Shown: positions 8,000 through 19,194, counted from the first letter of the stretch. The stretch: 24,000 bases of DNA from an uncultured Clostridia bacterium (GCA_944381435.1 CALWLD010000006.1:4843-28842), one strand, 5' to 3'. The notes: generated by a model from the sequence alone, not told the origin. Program-made: numbers and translations.

Positions 8000-8578
8000 A
8001 TGAATGTAAAGGAAATGACAGATTTTGAGCTTGTACAGAAATGCTTAAATGGCGAAAAAGAGTATTTTTCTGAAATAATAGCAAGGCATAAAAACTTAGT
8101 ATATTCTGTTGTTTTAAAAATGATAAATAACCAAGAAGATGCTAATGATTTATCACAAGAAGTTTTTATAAAAATATATAAAAATTTAGATAAATATTTC
8201 CCAGATTTTAAATTTTCTACTTGGGTTGTAAGGATAACTACAAACCACGTTATAGATTATAGAAGAAAGAAAAAATATGAAACAGTTTCTGCAGAGGAAG
8301 TAGAATATAAGCTTGTTTCCGAAAGCACACCAGAGCAAGATTATTTACAAAAAGAAGAAAAACTTATATTAAATAAGCTTTTAGAAAGCCTACCAGATAT
8401 TTATAAAGTTCCTATTGTTTTATATCATCAACAAGGGCTTAGCTATCAAGAAATAGCTGAAGCTATAAATGAACCTTTATCAAAAGTTAAAAATCGTATT
8501 TTTAGAGGACGAAAAATGTTAAAAGAAGAGCTTTTAAAAATGAAAGAGGGTGATGATATTGGATTGCAACAAAGCTAA
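8000..8578 (+). CDS. RNA polymerase sigma factor, ECF (sigma-70 group 4) subfamily
   Basis: Region 2 (DLSQEVFIKIYKNL ... FSTWVVRITTNHVIDYRR) and region 4 HTH (LSYQEIAEAINEPLSKVKNRIFRGRKML). ATG 8000 lies 8 nt after GGAG; ATG 7994 or TTG 7979 are possible alternative starts. Confidence 0.85.
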   Translation: MNVKEMTDFELVQKCLNGEKEYFSEIIARHKNLVYSVVLKMINNQEDANDLSQEVFIKIYKNLDKYFPDFKFSTWVVRITTNHVIDYRRKKKYETVSAEEVEYKLVSESTPEQDYLQKEEKLILNKLLESLPDIYKVPIVLYHQQGLSYQEIAEAINEPLSKVKNRIFRGRKMLKEELLKMKEGDDIGLQQS

Positions 8579-9125
8579 TAAGCTTATGATGGATTATATG
8601 GATTTTAACATATCAGAAGAAGATAATTTTTTACTTGAAAAACATTTAGAAAGCTGTGAAGAATGTAGAGAAAGTTTTAAGCTTTACACACAAATATTAG
8701 ATGAATTTTCTTTAGATGCAGATAATATCATAGAAGCACCAGAAGATTTTGAAATGCAAATTATGGAAAAGATAGAGCATATAGAGCCTAGATATATTAA
8801 AGAAAAAATAAATAAAAATATAATAACTTATGTGTTTTTAGGTATGACATCTTTAATGTTTTCTTTATTTTTAATAGTTTCTTTAAATAAAGATGTATTT
8901 TTATCAAATCCTGAAAAATCACCTGTTTTAAGCACATATTACAATTTCTTTGATAAGATATTTAACATATCTTTAGATACTATTAATTTATCATCTATAT
9001 ATAATGCAATATCTAGTACTTTACCTTATGTTATGGAAGGTTTAAAATATACATCTTTAATAACTATAGGTTGTTTGCTTATAGCACAGCTTTTATTAAG
9101 AAGAAGGGAAAGCTTAAAAGTTTAA
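8553..9125 (+). CDS. Anti-sigma factor, zf-HC2 type, membrane-bound (two predicted TM helices)
   Basis: The N-terminus (LDCNKANKLMMDYMDFNISEEDNFLLEKHLESCEECRESF) fits the H-x3-C-x2-C anti-sigma zinc motif. TM helices at about aa 92-113 and 168-185. Overlaps the 3' end of the sigma gene. The start is ambiguous (GTG 8550, ATG 8553 or TTG 8559). Confidence 0.75.
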   Translation: MILDCNKANKLMMDYMDFNISEEDNFLLEKHLESCEECRESFKLYTQILDEFSLDADNIIEAPEDFEMQIMEKIEHIEPRYIKEKINKNIITYVFLGMTSLMFSLFLIVSLNKDVFLSNPEKSPVLSTYYNFFDKIFNISLDTINLSSIYNAISSTLPYVMEGLKYTSLITIGCLLIAQLLLRRRESLKV

Positions 9126-9321
9126 AAATTAATCAGTTTTATATACTAAAAAGTATGTAAAAATTTTTATACTTTGACTATTTATATAAATTTTTAATAA
9201 AGTAATATTATTTAAGATAATTTAGTTTTTAATATATATTAACAAAGTTATTAAATATACTTATGATTTTACATAAAGTATGTTTTAAGCTATAATCTTT
9301 TTAAACAATATTTATTACAAT

Positions 9322-9360
9322 AAAAGGTTGCAGATTTAATTATCTACAACCTTTTTTATT
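9322..9360. terminator. Bidirectional terminator between the convergent anti-sigma and surface-protein genes
   Basis: AAAAGGTTGCAGAT (9322-9335), loop TTAATT, ATCTACAACCTTTT (9342-9355), then TTTT. There is one C/A mismatch on the plus-strand RNA, which becomes a G-U pair on the minus-strand RNA. Confidence 0.7.
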
Positions 9361-9378
9361 GTAATAAATATATTAAAA

Positions 9379-12135
9379 TTATTTAGCTTCTGCTAAAACA
9401 TCATATAGTTTAGACATAATAGTAGCCATTTCTGCTCTAGTAACAGGAGCTGTTGGATTTAATTTACCATTGTTACCAGAAATGATACCAGAATTAATTA
9501 AGATAGCAACGCTTTCGTTAGCATAAGGAGCAACTTTGCTTGCATCGCTAAATTGGTTTAATACAGTAGAATCTGTATTAACATTTAAATCTAAAGATTT
9601 TAAGATTTGTGCTATCATAACCATAGTATCTTGTCTTGAGATGATACCTTCTGGATTAAACATACCGTTAGAACCATTTACGATACCATAAGTAGATGCA
9701 GTACCTACATAAGGAGCATAATAAGCACTAGGGTTTACATCAGCAAATTTGTTGTTAGCCTCTGGGCTTAAGCCTAAAAGATTAACAAGCATAATTGTTG
9801 CATCAGCACGTTTAGTTTGACCGTTAGGGTTAAACATACCGTTAGCACCGTTTATAACACCTGCAGTAGATAATTTATCAATATGAGCTTTTGCCCAATG
9901 GTTAGCATTTACATCGCCAAACACTTTAGCTTCACCTTCTACGCTAGGTAAACTGATAACATCTAAAGTAAGGTCTTTATCTTCAGATATGTTGCTATTG
10001 TTACCTGATGTAGTAGATTCTGTAGTTTCATCGTTAGGTTTAGCATTTATAACAGCACCACCACCAGAGTAATTACCACCACTTGAAGAGCTAGAACTAC
10101 TTGGTCTAACATTTTCAGTTTTATTACCAGTTACTAATGAGATATCATTAGAGCTAGAGTTTTCAAGAGATGCTTTGACAGAATCTTTGCTTGCATTATT
10201 AGTTTTTACTGTGTTAAGAGTTTTAACGTTAGAGAATGCACTATTGTCAATACTTACAGTTTTATTAGTATTTTCTGCTAAAGAAAGGTTTGATATAGTA
10301 GAGTTAGCAAAAGCGTTAGCACCAATTTTTTCTACTGCAGGTAAAGTTAATGTAGTAATTTTAGAATCTTTTAAAGCGTTAGGAGCAATTTCTTTTATGT
10401 TAGCAACATTGCCATTTAAAGCTGCATCTGTAATGCTAGATAAAGCATCTGTACCATTGCCAAGTTTTGTTAATTTATATTGTACATCATCAACAGTTAA
10501 TATACCATTTTCAAAACTACTTGCACTTCTTTGAACAGAAGCTTCAGCTTTATAATCTACTAAAGCAACTTCTTTTTCTGTATCTAAAGCTTGGAATGTA
10601 TAAGTACCTTGTTGATTTTTAACTGTAGTTTGAGCTACAACATTAGCATTTACAAATTTTTCAGAAAATGCTTTTAAATCTTCTTGGCTAGTACCTACAG
10701 GTAAAGATACAGTTACATTTGAACCTGTACCAAAAGCATTAGCATCAATATTTTCAAGATTTTCTTTTTTATAGTTTGGTAAAGATATAGTAACTTTTTC
10801 TGTGTTAGCTACAGCAAATGCATTAGCACCTATAGTTGTAGCATTAGGTAATTCTACATAAGAAGGGATATTAGCACCTTTAAATATATTTGCAGGGATA
10901 GTTTCTTTTTCTGTTACATTGCCTAAATTATTGATAGTAGCACCTGTAAATATACCTTCTTCACCAAATGTAACATTATCATTTGAAACTTCAAGGTTTT
11001 CTATAGTAGCACCTTTAAAAGCATCTGTTTCTGCTTTGAAGTTAGCACTTTCTTTAGCACCTAAATTTAAAGTGTAAATATTAGAATTTGCAAAAGATTC
11101 TTCTTTAACAGTAAAATCACCAGTATTATTAGGAGTTAAAGATACTTTACCATTAACAGTAGCACCATATAAATGTCCTTTGTTAAAAGGATTTCTAAGT
11201 GTTTTTAATAATTCAGTTTCTTTAGTTTCTTCATTACCTATAGTAGCACCTTTGAAAGTATAATCTTCAGCTGAAATAGATGCAATTTTTAATTCTTTTA
11301 CAGAAATGTTTTCAAATTCATTAGCTTTAAATTGATGAGTTTTAACGCTTGATTCATCTTCATAAACTTTAAATATACCATCTACAGTAATACCTTTAAT
11401 ATCGTCTTTACCTCTAAATGGTTGGTTAGATAAATCTAACTTTTGAGGAGATAATTTAGTAAAATCTAAATCACCTTTAATATGTGTATTTTGGAAAGCT
11501 TTTGCACCAATTTTGCCATTACCACTAAGATCTACAGCAGGGAATGTTACTGTACCATCGATAGTAACGTTAGCAAATGCACTAGCACCTATTTTAGAAA
11601 GGTCTGTAGTTAATACTTTAGTTAAAGAAGATGCAGATATAGTTTGTCCATCAGCTATACTTTTATCATCGCCTATTTGAGTGATTTTAAATAAAGCTTT
11701 TTGACCACCTGTTATACTAACATTTATTACATTAGCTTCAGTTAATGTACCTGTATGGTTTGTAGCTTCAGAAGCAGAAACAGCACTTTCGTTTATGCTA
11801 ACAAGAGTAACTTCACCATCTGCTGTTTCATCAGAGTTAGTGTCATCAGATTTAGTAACTTTAAATGTATAAGTAACGTTACCTTCACTAACAGTAATTG
11901 TATCATCAATATTAGGTTTAGCTTGAGATTCTGAAGCACTTGATGAGCTATATGAAGATGAAGAAACAACAACAGGCTCTTCTAAAGTTGAAGCCTCATC
12001 TAAATGTGAAACTTCTTCTAGAGTAGCTACAGCATTATCATCAGCATAAGTTGTTAAAGCAGTAGTACTAGCCATAGTAACTGCTACCCCAACAGCAACT
12101 GCTTTTAAAGAATTGTTATAAAATTTTCTTTTCAT
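9379..12135 (-). CDS. Secreted cell-surface protein: signal peptide, Ser-rich linkers, two BspA-type leucine-rich-repeat modules, three C-terminal SLH domains
   Basis: 918 aa. The signal peptide MKRKFYNNSLKAVAVGVAVTMASTTALTTYA precedes DD. Recurrent IGA(N/K/S)AF and FKGATI units are LRR_5-like. Poly-Ser tracts are present. Three SLH repeats (FGDVNANHWAKAHIDKL, FADVNPSAYYAPYV, FSDASKVAPYANESV) are encoded at about 9382-9925. RBS AGGAGG. Confidence 0.85.
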   Translation of the reverse strand: MKRKFYNNSLKAVAVGVAVTMASTTALTTYADDNAVATLEEVSHLDEASTLEEPVVVSSSSYSSSSASESQAKPNIDDTITVSEGNVTYTFKVTKSDDTNSDETADGEVTLVSINESAVSASEATNHTGTLTEANVINVSITGGQKALFKITQIGDDKSIADGQTISASSLTKVLTTDLSKIGASAFANVTIDGTVTFPAVDLSGNGKIGAKAFQNTHIKGDLDFTKLSPQKLDLSNQPFRGKDDIKGITVDGIFKVYEDESSVKTHQFKANEFENISVKELKIASISAEDYTFKGATIGNEETKETELLKTLRNPFNKGHLYGATVNGKVSLTPNNTGDFTVKEESFANSNIYTLNLGAKESANFKAETDAFKGATIENLEVSNDNVTFGEEGIFTGATINNLGNVTEKETIPANIFKGANIPSYVELPNATTIGANAFAVANTEKVTISLPNYKKENLENIDANAFGTGSNVTVSLPVGTSQEDLKAFSEKFVNANVVAQTTVKNQQGTYTFQALDTEKEVALVDYKAEASVQRSASSFENGILTVDDVQYKLTKLGNGTDALSSITDAALNGNVANIKEIAPNALKDSKITTLTLPAVEKIGANAFANSTISNLSLAENTNKTVSIDNSAFSNVKTLNTVKTNNASKDSVKASLENSSSNDISLVTGNKTENVRPSSSSSSSGGNYSGGGAVINAKPNDETTESTTSGNNSNISEDKDLTLDVISLPSVEGEAKVFGDVNANHWAKAHIDKLSTAGVINGANGMFNPNGQTKRADATIMLVNLLGLSPEANNKFADVNPSAYYAPYVGTASTYGIVNGSNGMFNPEGIISRQDTMVMIAQILKSLDLNVNTDSTVLNQFSDASKVAPYANESVAILINSGIISGNNGKLNPTAPVTRAEMATIMSKLYDVLAEAK

Positions 12136-12198
12136 TAAAAATTCCTCCTAAAATTAGTAAAGTGTAATAAATATAAAAATTACATCTATTATAATATT

Positions 12199-12226
12199 AT
12201 TATAGCACAATGATTATAAATGTCAA
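12199..12226 (-). promoter_or_regulatory. Near-consensus sigma-A promoter of the surface-protein gene (TTGACA-N16-TGcTATAAT)
   Basis: The minus strand reads TTGACA (12226-12221), a 16-nt spacer ending in TGC, then TATAAT (12204-12199), about 60 nt upstream of the start codon. Confidence 0.6.
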
Positions 12227-12365
12227 CATATATAAAAAAGCATAATATATAGTTAAAGAAACTTATTGTTAACAATAAAAGATAACTATAAAGATAATGA
12301 GTATATACAAAACACACTTAAAAAGAATATTTATACAATAAAATTAATAAATATACAAAAATGTA

Positions 12366-12394
12366 TTGATTTTTAATTTTGTTTATGATATTAT
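12366..12394 (+). promoter_or_regulatory. Putative sigma-A promoter of the M20 gene (TTGATT-N17-TATTAT, with TGa extended -10)
   Basis: TTGATT at 12366-12371, a 17-nt spacer ending in TGA, and TATTAT at 12389-12394. Confidence 0.4.
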
Positions 12395-12434
12395 ATATTT
12401 CATAATAGCTAAATAAATTTTTAGGAGTGGTAAA

Positions 12435-13772
12435 ATGGATATTAATACGTTAAAAAAAATGTGTATAGATGAAATCGACAAAAATAAAGATGAAATAATT
12501 AAAATAGGTAGAGACATATATAATAACCCTGAACTTTCTTACAGAGAATTTAAAGCTACAAAAATTACTATAGATACATTAAAATCTCTAGGGCTTGATG
12601 TAGAAGAGAATATAGCAGTTACAGGTTGTAAGGCATCTATTAATGAAGATAAAGAAGGGGTTAAGGTGGCAGTGCTAGGTGAGCTAGATGCCCTTGCTTG
12701 CCCTGAACATAAAGATGCTAAAGAAGAAGGAGCTATCCATTGTTGTGGGCATAATGCCCAAATAGCAGGTATGCTTGGGTGTGCTATAGGCTTAATAAAA
12801 TCAGGTGTTTTTAAACATTTAGACGGTAAAATAGATTTTATAGCAGTACCTGCTGAAGAGGGTATAGAGCTTGAATATAGAAAATATTTACAAGATAATA
12901 AAATGATTACTTATGTAGGTGGAAAACAAGAGCTTATACATAAAGGTTATTTTGATGATGTAGATATGGCTATGATGTTTCACCTTGGGAGCATAAAAGA
13001 TAATAAAAAATGCATTATAAAAGGCAAATCTAACGGTTTTATTGAAAAGGGGATTACATTTATAGGTAAATCTGCTCATTCTGGTGGAGGACCTCATTTA
13101 GGTATAAACGCAGGTACTATGGCTAATTTAGCTATAAACAACATAAATGCCCTTAGAGATACATTTAAAGATGAAGACAAGGTAAGAGTACATTATATAA
13201 TAAACCACGGTGGAGATGCAGTTAATGTTGTACCTAACAAGGTTACTATGGAGGCTATGGTTAGGTCTAGCAATGCAGAGGCTATGTTAGATGCTAACAA
13301 AAAATTTAACAGAAGCTTACAAGCTGCTGCTCTTGCTATTGGTGGTAAGGTTATCATAGAAGATTTTATAGGTTATTTATCTTTAGAAACAGATGATATG
13401 ATGAACAGCTTATTTAAAGACAACCTTATAAACTTTTTAGGTATTAAAGAAGATGAAATTGTAGACCTAAACATAGGTGGAGGTTCAACAGATATGGGAG
13501 ACATATCTCAAATTATGCCTTGTATACACCCTTATATAATGGGAGCTACAGGAGATTTCCATACAAAAGATTACAAAATGGTAGATGAAGAAATGGGCTA
13601 TGTAAACTCGGCTAAAGCTATGGCTTTAACTTTAATAGATTTATTATATGATAATTCTAAAAAAGGAAAACAGGTTATAGAAGGCTATAAACCTACATAT
13701 ACAATTAAGGAATATTTAAAATTTTTAGAAGAAAATAATGTTGTCCATACTCACGATTACACAGAAAAATAA
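12435..13772 (+). CDS. M20-family metallopeptidase / amidohydrolase (AbgB-like)
   Basis: 445 aa. N-terminal amidohydrolase pattern (IGRDIYNNPELSYREFKAT), metal-binding HCCGHNAQIAG, and a central dimerisation-domain-like insert. RBS AGGAGTGG. Confidence 0.75.
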   Translation: MDINTLKKMCIDEIDKNKDEIIKIGRDIYNNPELSYREFKATKITIDTLKSLGLDVEENIAVTGCKASINEDKEGVKVAVLGELDALACPEHKDAKEEGAIHCCGHNAQIAGMLGCAIGLIKSGVFKHLDGKIDFIAVPAEEGIELEYRKYLQDNKMITYVGGKQELIHKGYFDDVDMAMMFHLGSIKDNKKCIIKGKSNGFIEKGITFIGKSAHSGGGPHLGINAGTMANLAINNINALRDTFKDEDKVRVHYIINHGGDAVNVVPNKVTMEAMVRSSNAEAMLDANKKFNRSLQAAALAIGGKVIIEDFIGYLSLETDDMMNSLFKDNLINFLGIKEDEIVDLNIGGGSTDMGDISQIMPCIHPYIMGATGDFHTKDYKMVDEEMGYVNSAKAMALTLIDLLYDNSKKGKQVIEGYKPTYTIKEYLKFLEENNVVHTHDYTEK

Positions 13773-13828
13773 ATATTTATACATTAAATAACCATTATAA
13801 AACAATTACATAGTATCTTATTAAAGTT

Positions 13829-13887
13829 AAAATGCACAAAATATAAAATGTAAAATCATTAAAAATGTATAAAATTTAAAAATGTTA
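13829..13887 (+). repeat. Four phased AAAATG(Y) direct repeats (16-17 bp period) abutting the bgl promoter -35
   Basis: AAAATG occurs at 13829, 13845, 13862 and 13879. The units align as TAAAATGTAnAAAAT. Confidence 0.6.
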
Positions 13888-13916
13888 TTGACAATAAAAA
13901 TTTTTTATTGTAATAT
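13888..13916 (+). promoter_or_regulatory. Sigma-A promoter of the beta-glucoside operon (TTGACA-N17-TAATAT)
   Basis: TTGACA at 13888-13893, a 17-nt spacer, and TAATAT at 13911-13916. The RAT element starts about 10 nt after the predicted transcription start. Confidence 0.65.
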
Positions 13917-13931
13917 TATGACATAGTATTT

Positions 13932-13960
13932 GGATTGTTACTGGTTATGCAGGCTATACC
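13932..13960 (+). promoter_or_regulatory. RAT (ribonucleic antiterminator) element for a BglG/LicT-family antiterminator
   Basis: GGATTGTTACTGGTTATGCAGGCTATACC closely matches the Bacillus bglP/sacB RAT pattern GGATTGTTACTG-N5-GCAGGC-N3-ACC (from memory). It overlaps the 5' arm of the downstream terminator. Confidence 0.85.
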
Positions 13961-14024
13961 AATTTCTATTATAGATATGCTTTATTTGGGTATATTTTAT
14001 TTAGAAGTAGGTATAGCCTTTTTT
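13951..14024 (+). terminator. Conditional (antiterminator-controlled) terminator in the bgl leader
   Basis: AGGCTATACC (13951-13960) pairs with GGTATAGCCT (14010-14019) and is followed by a T run to 14024. The stem can extend via TTTCTA/TAGAAG. The long apical region makes the exact fold uncertain. Confidence 0.6.
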
Positions 14025-14056
14025 ATACCTACAAAATTAAATGAGGTGGAATCTAT

Positions 14057-18225
<4,169 letters not shown>

Positions 18226-18264
18226 AGAATATTAAATAAACATAAATACAATATATTATAAAAA

Positions 18265-18301
18265 ACGCATAAATTAATCACTTTAATTTATGCGTTTTTT
18301 G
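18265..18301 (+). terminator. Intrinsic terminator of the bgl operon
   Basis: ACGCATAAATTA (18265-18276), loop ATCACTT, TAATTTATGCGT (18284-18295), then TTTTTT. Confidence 0.8.
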
Positions 18302-18476
18302 TATAAAATTGTAGTTATTGATAAAAATATTTAATTTATTAACACAAAATTAACAATAAATATTATATTTTAACTAAATATTAATTATATATTCATATTA
18401 TGTTCATATTTATGGTATATTATAACATACATAGAAAGTTACTAATAATTGATTACAAACAAGGAGTTGTTTAAAT

Positions 18477-19001
18477 ATGGACTTAATTTTAAATAGTATA
18501 ATGTTATTTTCTTTAATATCTACGCCTATAGATAAATTTGAACTAAAAGCATATAAATTGTACGCTAATAACCCTAAAATACAAAGAAAACAAAATAATA
18601 AAATTGAATCTGAAGATATAAATGAAATAATGAAAGAGATAGACGATAATTTTAATGTTATTTCTAATTTATTAACAGAAAAGAAAGAAATATCTAATGC
18701 TATAAAGTTAAAATTTAATAATAAAATAAAAAACAAAGAAAAGCTATCTAAAGAGCAAATGGACTGCTTTAAAGAATATAATGATATTATATTAAAAGAA
18801 GAAGAAAATATATCTACATATACAACAAAAATAAATGATAAAAAAGATATGATAATGCTAGAAAATGAGCTTTTATCAAGTGAAAATAATTTTTGTATAA
18901 TATATAAAAAGCTAACTAATATATTAAATAATCAGATAAAAGTTATAGCTAGCCTATATAGAGCTATATTTCATTTAAAGCTATCATTAGAGGTAATATA
19001 A
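18477..19001 (+). CDS. Hypothetical protein, 174 aa, Lys/Asn/Ile/Glu-rich, probably helical or coiled-coil, with a short hydrophobic N-terminus
   Basis: AAGGAG lies 10 nt upstream of the ATG. No motif I recognise. Composition is extremely AT-rich, and a long shadow ORF on the opposite strand fits low-complexity sequence. Confidence 0.5.
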   Translation: MDLILNSIMLFSLISTPIDKFELKAYKLYANNPKIQRKQNNKIESEDINEIMKEIDDNFNVISNLLTEKKEISNAIKLKFNNKIKNKEKLSKEQMDCFKEYNDIILKEEENISTYTTKINDKKDMIMLENELLSSENNFCIIYKKLTNILNNQIKVIASLYRAIFHLKLSLEVI

Positions 19002-19009
19002 ATTATCTA

Positions 19010-19055
19010 AACCCACCCAACCACCCTTCTTCTAGGGCTTTGCCCTAGAACCCTT
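19010..19055 (+). other. C-rich island with an embedded 9-bp GC hairpin; function unknown (candidate sRNA or 3'UTR element, rut-like site, or insertion scar)
   Basis: CCCACCCAACCACCC at 19012-19026. The hairpin TTCTAGGGC-TTT-GCCCTAGAA spans 19030-19050, followed by CCC at 19051-19053. The surrounding DNA is almost devoid of G and C. Confidence 0.4.
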
Positions 19056-19102
19056 TAGTTACTTAAATATTTATGGTATAAGGCTTTAATATTATTTTGC
19101 CT

Positions 19103-19147
19103 ACAATATAAAAAATACGCTATAATTTAGCGTATTTTTATATTGTG
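19103..19147. terminator. Bidirectional terminator shared by the orphan ORF (+) and the sfsA/small-ORF unit (-)
   Basis: Long near-perfect inverted repeat ACAATATAAAAAATACGCTA / TAGCGTATTTTTATATTGT. The core ATACGCTA (19115-19122) pairs with TAGCGTAT (19128-19135). A and T runs flank both sides. Confidence 0.75.
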
Positions 19148-19194
19148 ATATTTAGTAATATATGTTTTGTATATAAAAAATTCAAAAAATTACA

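Noticed and set aside
3147-8000. Longer N-terminal extensions given by the ORF track (3147, 3481, 7979)
   Set aside because: In each case an internal ATG (3180, 3502, 8000) has a properly spaced purine-rich RBS. The upstream start lacks an RBS or overlaps the RBS or promoter.
10175-10534. 119-aa plus-strand ORF inside the surface-protein gene
   Set aside because: It lies entirely antisense to a well-supported 918-aa CDS with recognisable domains. It has no RBS and its sequence is Leu/Ser/Val-rich and low-complexity, as is typical of a shadow frame.
12888-13097. 69-aa minus-strand ORF inside the M20 gene
   Set aside because: It is an antisense shadow ORF without start signals.
18410-18736. 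108-aa minus-strand ORF overlapping the start of the orphan 174-aa ORF
   Set aside because: It has no RBS. It is an Ile/Leu/Phe/Ser-rich translation of the complement of a Lys/Asn/Glu-rich sequence. The plus-strand ORF has the AAGGAG RBS, although confidence in either frame is only moderate.
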